A DNA stretch of 64,000 nucleotides, taken from IMG/VR virus record IMGVR_UViG_3300007986_000012, one strand, 5' to 3'. Under the pieces are notes generated by a model. It worked only from the letters and a program-made list of their open reading frames with translations. It had not been told where the DNA came from and did no database searches. Position 1 is the stretch's first letter. Every line of letters begins with the position of its first letter. This document shows positions 1 to 8,084 of the stretch, in pieces. The translations under genes were made by a program, and so were the position numbers. Source of the DNA: a virus.

Positions 1-1272
1 GTGTATCGTTTGAGGTGCATTGTCATCTCCCTCTTCTTTCTCTCTTCGCTCTTCTTCTTCGCGCTCTTCTTTTTCTTTCTGATTTCGATGTGCCACAAGC
101 CTTCTGTCAGAGGTGATACTCTGAAGCCTCAAACGTCTTTCCGCCGGGTCTTCGATCTGTTGGGCTTGTCGCCTTTTCACCCTCATGGTCATTTCGTTTT
201 CCAAATCGTCTAGTTCTAATAGGGTGCCCAAAAACGATCCACCTTCAGAGACACTGCTTAATTTGTGACGGGCCAACTCCGCCATCTTTTTGGCGTCCTT
301 TTCTCTCTCTTTCTGTGCCTCCATTTCTCGTTCCATTTTGGCAAGTTCGGTCTGTTTTGCCATCTCTTCTTTTGCGGCCATTGCAGTGTATTCAGCTTGC
401 AACGCGCGAGATTTTTCGGCTTCTGCTTCTGCCTGTGCTGCTTGTGCTTCTGCTTGTTTAGTCAACATCTGGACAATATTTTTCAGTAGACCGCTGGCAC
501 CGCCCTCGTCTTCTTCCTCATCACCAAACTCAACACCCAAATCTTCTTCCTCTGGAAGTTCACTGTCTTCCGGTGTTTCGTCGTCGCCGTCACCAAGATC
601 ATCCATCCCGCCAGCATCGCCGTCTGTGTCATCCATGCCGTCCATATTGAATTCTTCATCATCAGAAAAATCGGCGTCGTCTTTCTGGAATTCTTCTTCA
701 CCGAACTCTGCATCTTCTGGATCAGAAACCTTGTCCGCATTGTAAACTTTATTAGTGGGTATTTCGGGAAACTCTACTGTGATGATATCAAACTGTTGTT
801 TGAGGTTATATAGAACTTCTGCTATGGAAACTTCTCTTCCATAACCACCCCTGCCTGTCATCTTGTAATTTTCAAGCTCACCCAACTCTTGTGCTAAAGC
901 AACCTCAAACTTTTCGGCCTGATCTCCTCTAACGGTAATTTTCATCAAGTTTCCGTCGTCGTCTTCTACCCCGTAAGTGGATGTATTGTTGTCTTCCATT
1001 CTACCCTGATTTCGAATACCACTAAGTTTAGAATATACTTGATCCAAAGATACGTTTTCTTTTAGCTTTTTAGGGAAAGGTCTACTAGAATCGACAAGTT
1101 TCATGTTTGCTTTGTTCTTGAGACGAGAGTTAAATTTTTCCATAAAGTCTAAAAAACTCCCACCCCTACGTTGGGTTGGGAAATCGTCTTTCGCGCCGTC
1201 TGTTCTTACGGCTATGGAGTGTGCTCCCACAGAACCGCTTGCTGCCGTTTCTTCTACTGTTTTTTTATACAT
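1..1272 (-). CDS. Acidic/coiled-coil hypothetical protein, probably virion head-associated (3' end outside window; absent from the ORF track)
   Basis: Translated by hand: ATG at 1272 (MYKKTVEETAASGSVGAHSIA...) and no stop down to position 1. Long Asp/Glu-rich tract followed by an AQAAQAEAEK coiled coil. TATAAATA lies just upstream. Confidence 0.85.
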   Translation of the reverse strand, partial: MYKKTVEETAASGSVGAHSIAVRTDGAKDDFPTQRRGGSFLDFMEKFNSRLKNKANMKLVDSSRPFPKKLKENVSLDQVYSKLSGIRNQGRMEDNNTSTYGVEDDDGNLMKITVRGDQAEKFEVALAQELGELENYKMTGRGGYGREVSIAEVLYNLKQQFDIITVEFPEIPTNKVYNADKVSDPEDAEFGEEEFQKDDADFSDDEEFNMDGMDDTDGDAGGMDDLGDGDDETPEDSELPEEEDLGVEFGDEEEDEGGASGLLKNIVQMLTKQAEAQAAQAEAEAEKSRALQAEYTAMAAKEEMAKQTELAKMEREMEAQKEREKDAKKMAELARHKLSSVSEGGSFLGTLLELDDLENEMTMRVKRRQAQQIEDPAERRLRLQSITSDRRLVAHRNQKEKEEREEEERREKEEGDDNAPQTIH

Positions 1273-1303
1273 AATCTGGTTAAACCATTGCTATTCATTG
1301 AAT

Positions 1304-1311
1304 TATTTATA
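1304..1311 (-). promoter_or_regulatory. T4-type late promoter TATAAATA
   Basis: Exact TATAAATA on the minus strand, about 30 nt upstream of the ATG at 1272; a gp55-like sigma factor is encoded in the window. Confidence 0.7.
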
Positions 1312-1777
1312 AGAACTGGTCGTCTTCGGTCAAAAGTCTAAACCTTATATTGCGTTGCTTGCACCAATGTTCTGCCGCTTCCCACTTCAAACGATTGACC
1401 ATAAGAGTATATTCTTCGTTTGCCCGCTGTAACGGTTTTCTAGCTCTTGATTTTTGTGTTTGTTTTTTAGGCTTGATTTCAATCAATTCCCTGCGAATCT
1501 CGCCCATTTCATCACTAATCACAACGAACAAATCCGGAAGATATATGGAATCTACCAACATTCCGGTTGTGGGACTAGGCTTGCGGTATGGTATAGCGAT
1601 TTCTTCAGACGCCCACTTGATTATGTAAGGGTTATTGTCGCAGAACTTGAATGCTTCTTGTTCCCACGAAGATCGAAAGAAAATTTGATTTGGGTCTCCT
1701 AGATATTTTTCTGGGTTTTTTGGTTGAAACTGGCCTTCAGCCCACCGCCCACCAGATGTGGGTCTATGCTTAGGCAT
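1307..1777 (-). CDS. gp4: Head completion nuclease, T4 gp4-like (TnsA-like fold)
   Basis: Motifs GQFQPKNPEKYLGD, FRSSWE, WASEEIAIPY, YLPD, IEIKPKKQT, KWEAA. Confidence 0.9.
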   Translation of the reverse strand: MPKHRPTSGGRWAEGQFQPKNPEKYLGDPNQIFFRSSWEQEAFKFCDNNPYIIKWASEEIAIPYRKPSPTTGMLVDSIYLPDLFVVISDEMGEIRRELIEIKPKKQTQKSRARKPLQRANEEYTLMVNRLKWEAAEHWCKQRNIRFRLLTEDDQFL

Positions 1778-1779
1778 TG

Positions 1780-2061
1780 TTATTCCTCTATCTTACCCAT
1801 GATATCGCCAAACTTAAGCATGAGGAATTCGTTTCTTTCATGTTCTATACGCAACCCCGTACCCCTAGGGAAAAACACTCGGTCTCCCAGCTTAAGCGGA
1901 ATACTCTCAACAACCCCGTGAGGGTTTCGGAATCCGGGACCCACTGCTTTGACGGTCCCGGTGTTACTATTGCCCGATCCACCGAGCAAAATTATCCCAG
2001 ACTTTCTTTTTTCGGCTTCTTCGATTTCGACAAACACCTCGTCTCTTAGTGGTTTAAGCAT
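1780..2061 (-). CDS. groES: Co-chaperonin GroES (Cpn10)
   Basis: MLKPLRDEV, SGIILLG, GTVKAVGPG, LKLGDRVFF, DIMGKI; 93 aa. Confidence 0.9.
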   Translation of the reverse strand: MLKPLRDEVFVEIEEAEKRKSGIILLGGSGNSNTGTVKAVGPGFRNPHGVVESIPLKLGDRVFFPRGTGLRIEHERNEFLMLKFGDIMGKIEE

Positions 2062-2117
2062 AATATCTACTCCTTATATTGGCAGACATATTTATGGTAT
2101 GATTTTAGTTTTGAAAC

Positions 2118-2747
2118 TTAAAGGTGTGTAACTTTGTATCCGTCGTAAACAAAAGCAATATTGATTAAGGATACGTCAGATGCAGACATATCAAGTTCGT
2201 CTGCTATAATGTTTGTTATTTTGGGATTAAAAAATTCGTATTGTGTTTTCTTATCTCCACCATTCGACACGTGCCATAGTGTTATAGTTTTTATAATGCC
2301 CAATTCACTACCGTTTTGTAGTGCTTGAACAGTAGTAAGACCTCTTACACTATCAGCGTTGTTAGCGTCGGCTAGAGGACTGATGGCTTTCATGTAGCTG
2401 TCGACCAATTCATGACTTCTGTTGCTGGAATCATCATACAGAGTAACGTTCAGGACCGAAAAATCGGTTTTAGTAGCAACTTTAGTCCTATACCCATAAT
2501 AGTTAACATCTTTGTAATTGATGATAGGGGTGATTCTACCTGCTGTCTTTACTGGTAGATAATTTGATTCTATTGACAATTCACCCAAAGACTCGGCATT
2601 GGGAGGAGAATTTTGACGAAATTGAAATTTGATAAAAAAGTTAAATTTTAGTTTTGGGGCTTCGCTAGAGGCAAATTTATCTGCGACTCTTGGTCCGGGA
2701 GCGCTTCCGTTTGTGTATAAAAGCGGGCCTGTTATTATACCAGTCAT
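2118..2747 (-). CDS. Tail tube-fold protein (gp19/gp54-like paralogue)
   Basis: Tube-family pattern: VNYYGYRTKVATKTDFSVLNVTLYDD, YEFFNPKITNI..DELDMS, IAFVYD. Confidence 0.7.
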   Translation of the reverse strand: MTGIITGPLLYTNGSAPGPRVADKFASSEAPKLKFNFFIKFQFRQNSPPNAESLGELSIESNYLPVKTAGRITPIINYKDVNYYGYRTKVATKTDFSVLNVTLYDDSSNRSHELVDSYMKAISPLADANNADSVRGLTTVQALQNGSELGIIKTITLWHVSNGGDKKTQYEFFNPKITNIIADELDMSASDVSLINIAFVYDGYKVTHL

Positions 2748-3295
2748 TATCTAATCACCAGTCTCTCTTTCGAAATTTTTAATGTTCTAACACTTTTTCT
2801 GAGAAAAGAAAGAACATCTTCATTGTTCTTTCTCAGGAATGTGCCGGAATTGACTTGATCAAACACTTCTACCAATCTAGTCTTAGTATTTTCATGTAGG
2901 TCTTTTTTATAGATGCTCAATTCAGATACAAGGTTTCCAATTCCCAAACTTTCCGAAACGAATCTGATCTTATCATCGGTTGTTTTCGCAAAATCCAAAG
3001 CTTTTACGCTAGCATATTGGGGAATTCGATCAAACAACAACACACTATTTAGATTTTTCCCCTTTTTTGATAAAGATACCAATTCTAGGAAGATAAGCCC
3101 CCTAGAGACCCTACCGCCGCCATAGTCTTTCTGCAAATCTGCGTAACTAAGGTCTATTTGTTGTTCAGGCTCGACGACAAAACTAGGACCGAAATCATTC
3201 ACTAAAAAGGTTTGTGATTGTTGACTCAAGACTTCTCTGGCTTCATCGAAGTTACCTTGACGTATAGCGTATTGCACTCTAGCTAGGATTTTCAT
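2747..3295 (-). CDS. Hypothetical protein (start revised to MKILARVQ at 3295)
   Basis: The ORF-track start at 3367 would run through the gp19 terminator and a late promoter, so the internal ATG is more plausible. Confidence 0.6.
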   Translation of the reverse strand: MKILARVQYAIRQGNFDEAREVLSQQSQTFLVNDFGPSFVVEPEQQIDLSYADLQKDYGGGRVSRGLIFLELVSLSKKGKNLNSVLLFDRIPQYASVKALDFAKTTDDKIRFVSESLGIGNLVSELSIYKKDLHENTKTRLVEVFDQVNSGTFLRKNNEDVLSFLRKSVRTLKISKERLVIR

Positions 3296-3318
3296 GTAAA
3301 GATACCACACCTTTATTT

Positions 3319-3326
3319 TATTTATA
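3319..3326 (-). promoter_or_regulatory. Late promoter TATAAATA
   Basis: Exact motif 24 nt upstream of the ATG at 3295. Confidence 0.65.
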
Positions 3327-3356
3327 AAAAAAGGCCACATTTTTGTGGCCTTTTTT
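3326..3356. terminator. Rho-independent terminator (bidirectional form) after the tail tube gene
   Basis: A7-GGCCAC-ATTTTT-GTGGCC-T6. Confidence 0.85.
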
Positions 3357-3383
3357 GTATTTTTCAATTGAGCTTTATATACT

Positions 3384-3983
3384 TTAAGCAGCGCCGCCTA
3401 GGGCAGACTTCGCTCTTCCACGGACTACCAAGTATGCATGGTCATAACGAACCGTCAGAGTGGTTTTAATTGTTTCAGACGCCTGATAATCTAGGTCCCC
3501 AAAATCAACATTGTTTAAAGCACACCCTTCAAGAAACCATTCTTCCAAAATTGCAGTTCCACCCGCGTTTGGGTGAGAACCATTCAACAATTGCATTATC
3601 ATGGAAAACTTGTAGTCAGATCCTGCTTCTGCTTGGCCCAGATACAAACCACGATCCGGACCAATAAGTTTTTGCTGTACTTCCATTTGTCTCTGGATGC
3701 CCAAATGACATCTTCCACCCATATCTGGCTCTATTACGACCGTGATAGGCTGGAAGGTATACTTTCCTTGTAGAAATGCACGAGAGTTATATCTATCTAA
3801 TTGAATTTCTTCGTATTCTACTTTTGGTCTATCAGCCGTGATGGCCATTGATGTAACCGCTCTTACGCCATCCCCATCCTGACCTCTCAAATTCATTTGA
3901 ATTCTCCAGCGATTTTTATATAGAGGTTGTGAAATACCTTCTCCTAGGTCACCGGGGATTCCCATATCAGCGATTGTTGCCAT
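3384..3983 (-). CDS. gp19: Tail tube protein, T4 gp19-like
   Basis: QPLYKNRWRI, DRPKVEYEEIQLDRYNSRAFLQGKYTFQPITV, EEWFLEGC, DLDY, LTVRYDHA; AGGAG ribosome-binding site. Confidence 0.9.
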   Translation of the reverse strand: MATIADMGIPGDLGEGISQPLYKNRWRIQMNLRGQDGDGVRAVTSMAITADRPKVEYEEIQLDRYNSRAFLQGKYTFQPITVVIEPDMGGRCHLGIQRQMEVQQKLIGPDRGLYLGQAEAGSDYKFSMIMQLLNGSHPNAGGTAILEEWFLEGCALNNVDFGDLDYQASETIKTTLTVRYDHAYLVVRGRAKSALGGAA

Positions 3984-4046
3984 ACTCTTTAACTCCTAAG
4001 TATTTTAGTGTTCATCATTATTTATCGATTCTGATACTTTTTATTC

Positions 4047-4054
4047 TATAAATA
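4047..4054 (+). promoter_or_regulatory. Late promoter TATAAATA
   Basis: Exact motif upstream of 4080; the context TATAAATATCTTCGA recurs at 39286. Confidence 0.7.
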
Positions 4055-4079
4055 TCTTCGATCACATAAGGATAAACAC

Positions 4080-4799
4080 ATGGGCAAAAACCACAACAGG
4101 GCTTCTCTCGCTTTGCATGCATTCGTAGACAATCTGGACAATGCACATTATGACGCAAATAACGGAAAACTGGAATACAATTTGGGGGAAGTTATTCAAA
4201 ATGGATTCTTTTCAAATGTTGATATCGTTATCATTCAAGGAAACTCCGAATCAATAAGAGCGGCCAAGAGGAAAGATTCTGATACATACGCCATAGTTAT
4301 CCAAACTCCAACACTACCAGAAATTGGTGCGGTAGATGACTTTATTGAAAATAAAAAAATTGCAATACCAGTCATCAAAGAACTTGCAAAAATTGCTAAT
4401 AATTTAGAGGATCAGGGAGTTGACGGTTCTGACCAACTTACGGATCATGAAAAAAGCAAAAAGTTCAACAGCAAAGATTTTTTCGAAAAAGCATACATGT
4501 TGGGTGTTGAGAAAATGAATCGTTATTTGGAACGGTTACAGGGTCAGATCGAAAGCCTTAACCGAAAAGCCGAAAATGCTGGTCTAGCGTCTAGAAAGGC
4601 TACTTATAAAATGGCTATAGACAAGTTAAAAGAAGAAACAATCGGCGAAGACGCCAAAAAGTTTTCCACAAAGTTCTATGAATTAATTGAAGAAGAACAC
4701 CCGAACTTTAGAAAATATTTAGAATCTGAAAATAGAAAAAGATTAGAATCTAGGGTTAATCAATTTTACAAAAAAATTTCTTCTAGATTTAAAATCTAA
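4080..4799 (+). CDS. Hypothetical protein (late, helical C-terminal half)
   Basis: 239-aa ORF with a late promoter and a downstream terminator; no family recognised. Confidence 0.75.
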   Translation: MGKNHNRASLALHAFVDNLDNAHYDANNGKLEYNLGEVIQNGFFSNVDIVIIQGNSESIRAAKRKDSDTYAIVIQTPTLPEIGAVDDFIENKKIAIPVIKELAKIANNLEDQGVDGSDQLTDHEKSKKFNSKDFFEKAYMLGVEKMNRYLERLQGQIESLNRKAENAGLASRKATYKMAIDKLKEETIGEDAKKFSTKFYELIEEEHPNFRKYLESENRKRLESRVNQFYKKISSRFKI

Positions 4800-4910
4800 T
4801 TGCAGTATAATGACGACCCGCAAATGACAGAATACGAGAACAGGAGAAAAGAAGGGTGGTATCGAATATGGGATTGTGGAAGTAATAAATGGGTTTGGAA
4901 TAAACCATAA
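4800..4910 (+). pseudogene. C-terminal relic of a free-standing (Hef-like) phage endonuclease
   Basis: Translates to LQYNDDPQMTEYENRRKEGWYRIWDCGSNKWVW, the TE.EN..G(Y/W).RIWDCG signature; no N-terminal part present. Confidence 0.7.
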
Positions 4911-4935
4911 AAAAGCCCCGCGAGCGGGGCTTTTT
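4909..4935. terminator. Bidirectional terminator between convergent genes
   Basis: AAAAAAGCCCCGC-GA-GCGGGGCTTTTT. Confidence 0.9.
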
Positions 4936-4959
4936 CTTTTCTACCGCACGGTTTATCTA

Positions 4960-7107
4960 TTACGTGTTAGATGGTGGGTTTGCGATAATGCTACCCGGAT
5001 CACCGATGTCTGCATCTAAAGCAACCACTCTAATAGTAACAGGGATAAATTCTACCGCTGTTACTGGCTTTAAGGCCACATCAATCCAAAGTTCCTTGCG
5101 CTGAACACGATCTGGAGTATTGTTGGAATCGTCACAAATTGTAGCGAAGTCGAACAATGCTCTAGTGTTGATCAATCCGAACAAGAAATTATCCACAGTA
5201 GTTTTCACCTGATCGCGAGTAATCTGATCGTTTGGTTCAAACAGGTAAGGGAACAACCCTCTACGAACTTCTCTTTTGATGTATCTCAACAATCTTTCGA
5301 TGTTTACGGATTCTCTCAAAGATACGGCACCGTACACAGTTTTCTGGCCAAGAACCAAGATTCCTCTTCCGGATATGCGTGTGATCGGATTGATGTTTTT
5401 AGGAAACTCATACAGCGAATCCCTAGCACCAACATTGAGATCTTCCTCTACAAATGTGGTAGGACCCCCCAAGTTCCCAGAAACATAACCAGTTTTTGTT
5501 AGGTGAGGACATGATCCACGTTCGACACCCGCTGGTGCGTACCACAAGGCAGTCTCTCTATCATTGAAAGCATAGACTCTCAAGGCAGTAGAGGCCGAGG
5601 TGGTTAGAATGTTTCTACCGTCGAGATTAGAAGAAATTCCGTGACCATAGTAGTAAGCAGCGCCGGGATATGTGGTTCTTTCTGAAGAAAGAGCCCAAGT
5701 GGTAATACCGTTAAATCCAGTTGGCGGTCTGTCAAACGGGGTTTCACCGATTACAAATACTTCTTCCAACATGTCAACTGCCATCCTATTCAATTCGTCC
5801 GTAAGCTCGTGGTATCCCGGAGCTACTAGTAGGTTATATGAATAAGCGTCAGGGTTTCTCACACCAAGGGTCGGGTCATTGATTGCAGCTTGCATCTGGG
5901 CTACGATTTCTGCTCTTCTTTCAGCATCATTAATACCCAAACTGGTGAAATTCCTGAACTCTCTTGTCAACTCATACTCGTTAGCGGCAGTAGACAACAG
6001 TGCCACAATTTCTGGACAAGTGTACGAAGAACTGTCATCAATTGCATTATACAGACCAAAATAATCCCCAGTGGCAGCATTTTCATAGCCGTCGGCAAAA
6101 ATTAATAGTTGGTCTGTGCCTAGACCCTGTACTGGGTCAGCTAGGAACAAGAATAGATTCAAGGAACTAAATAGTCCCGTCGCACCAGAAACGCCTTCTT
6201 CTATTTCAATACTTGAAGTGGCCCCAGACAAAGCAGAAGTTACTCTTAAACGACCCGCGACAAAATCTATAAAAGCGTCACCACCGAGTTCGGTGTTAAT
6301 TTCGTCTATCAATTCTCCAAAAGTCTGAATAGCCGCACCATCTAGAGAAACCGTTTGCGGCACTGCACCTTCTATGCTAATGGTAAATGCGTAAGTGGTG
6401 GCATCGTTATTCAGTCCAGTAACATCATCGGTGGTTAGGAAGCCCCCGGTTGTATCAAATACTATTTCTTGGTACCCCGACCTAGCAACGTTGTTATCCT
6501 CTAAGAAATTTTGCTTGAAAAGATTGTTGTTTCCTGTTCTGTTCTTGGAAGAGAAAGAATATACGTTGAATAGGTCAGTAAGAGCCTCTTCAATCAAAAG
6601 TTTCGCGTCAGAACCAGCTACTTCTGTAGAGGCTGCTGGGCCATACAATTCGTTTTCTTCGTTGAACTCTGCTAGGTAATCTTCGAAAAGCTCGCAAACG
6701 TAATCAGAAGCTTCTGAAATTTTGCGTCCCCACAATGCACGGATTCCAGTAATAGAATCGTCCAAGTTCACGTTGGCACGGACAACATATGCTCTGTTAC
6801 CAACTTCCAAAAATTTGTTTAACGCATCCAAACCGTATTCGTTTCTGGCGTCGCCGTGGAACGGTTGGCCATCAACACTTTCCAAATATCTAGGAATTCC
6901 GTATAGTTCAACGGCCTGACGGATAGACGTTACTTCTCTAAAAACTCCATACTCATATGTACCAAGTGCTGGAGTCACGCCGTCAGGCTGTGTTTTCTCG
7001 TCAGCAGTCGCAATGAAAATTACCGGAATTGTAGCCGCACGACCCGGAATGAAAAAACTTTGGTCGTCAATGGTTACACTTACACCGGGGCTAATTAAAC
7101 TTGCCAT
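4960..7107 (-). CDS. gp18: Tail sheath protein, T4 gp18-like
   Basis: MASLISPGVSV, LWYAPAGVERG, INPITRISGRGILVLGQKT, INIERLLRYIK, FEPNDQITR, CDDSNNTPD, LKPVTAVEFI. Confidence 0.95.
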   Translation of the reverse strand: MASLISPGVSVTIDDQSFFIPGRAATIPVIFIATADEKTQPDGVTPALGTYEYGVFREVTSIRQAVELYGIPRYLESVDGQPFHGDARNEYGLDALNKFLEVGNRAYVVRANVNLDDSITGIRALWGRKISEASDYVCELFEDYLAEFNEENELYGPAASTEVAGSDAKLLIEEALTDLFNVYSFSSKNRTGNNNLFKQNFLEDNNVARSGYQEIVFDTTGGFLTTDDVTGLNNDATTYAFTISIEGAVPQTVSLDGAAIQTFGELIDEINTELGGDAFIDFVAGRLRVTSALSGATSSIEIEEGVSGATGLFSSLNLFLFLADPVQGLGTDQLLIFADGYENAATGDYFGLYNAIDDSSSYTCPEIVALLSTAANEYELTREFRNFTSLGINDAERRAEIVAQMQAAINDPTLGVRNPDAYSYNLLVAPGYHELTDELNRMAVDMLEEVFVIGETPFDRPPTGFNGITTWALSSERTTYPGAAYYYGHGISSNLDGRNILTTSASTALRVYAFNDRETALWYAPAGVERGSCPHLTKTGYVSGNLGGPTTFVEEDLNVGARDSLYEFPKNINPITRISGRGILVLGQKTVYGAVSLRESVNIERLLRYIKREVRRGLFPYLFEPNDQITRDQVKTTVDNFLFGLINTRALFDFATICDDSNNTPDRVQRKELWIDVALKPVTAVEFIPVTIRVVALDADIGDPGSIIANPPSNT

Positions 7108-7176
7108 ATTTTATTCTCCTGAATTATCGCAAATGTTCAATGATATTTATTAGGCGTGTATTTGGAAATTGTAAAT

Positions 7177-7965
7177 TTACCTAGGTGGTGGGTCTAAGTC
7201 ATCAATATCAAATATATTTTCATAATCGTCTTCCATTCCACGGGACGCTGCTATTTGTTTTACTTCTTCAAAACTAGCAGCTTTTTCTAGATTTTGTATT
7301 CTCAATTTTATTTTCTGTATAATATCGTCTCTTACATTTACAGGAGCACTTAACCAAGCCTCTATCTGGAATGACAGATTCAACGAAAGTATTCTTCTTT
7401 CACCTCCTGCGGGATAATTTTCTTCATTGTCAATAGACATTAGCATCACTCGGTGTATTGCAGTGTGGTCGTCGGGGTCATCTGAGGTATACAGAAGAAG
7501 ATCTGGATCAAATATTAAAGCTATTTGTTCGAGTATTTCATATTGATGAAACAAATTAGATGTTAGAATGTTAACCTCTCCTCGGATTCTCCACGGGATT
7601 GGTTTAAGTTTTTCGATTGTTCTTAGATCATCAGGGAAAACTCCCCCTCTAGGAAAAGTTACAGATTTATCTATGGTTCTCATGCCGCTCATACGATCCA
7701 GTGCCAATTCCATATCTGAAAACCGAACACTAAGAATAGGAAGTTTGACCGGTATATTGGGGGAGTTTCTCGCCATAATATGGGCTACTACCCTATCTTT
7801 GGAGCCATGAATAACTGGAACCCGTATCAAATTTGATTCGGAATTGAAATCGTTTTTCCCCACACTCACTTGAAGACCAGAAAAAATAGCCATAAATTGA
7901 ATCAGATATTTTCTAATCTGCTCTTGACTGTAGTGACTGCTTAGACTGTTATTTTCTTGTACCAT
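7177..7965 (-). CDS. gp15: Tail terminator / sheath stabiliser, T4 gp15-like
   Basis: HYSQEQIRKYLIQFMAIFS, VPVIHGSKDR, LPILSV, YEILEQIALIFDP; adjacent to the sheath gene. Confidence 0.8.
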   Translation of the reverse strand: MVQENNSLSSHYSQEQIRKYLIQFMAIFSGLQVSVGKNDFNSESNLIRVPVIHGSKDRVVAHIMARNSPNIPVKLPILSVRFSDMELALDRMSGMRTIDKSVTFPRGGVFPDDLRTIEKLKPIPWRIRGEVNILTSNLFHQYEILEQIALIFDPDLLLYTSDDPDDHTAIHRVMLMSIDNEENYPAGGERRILSLNLSFQIEAWLSAPVNVRDDIIQKIKLRIQNLEKAASFEEVKQIAASRGMEDDYENIFDIDDLDPPPR

Positions 7966-8084
7966 ATGTTTTTATTCCACCATGTTCCCGACGATGAAAG
8001 CCTTACCTTTCTGTGTCGTGGAAAAACTTATCAATACCTCGTTACTATTTAGTATATAGAAGGATTTCCGTCCGGCTATTGTAC

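Noticed and set aside
3296-3367. N-terminal extension of ORF 2747-3367
   Set aside because: Runs through the gp19 terminator and a late promoter
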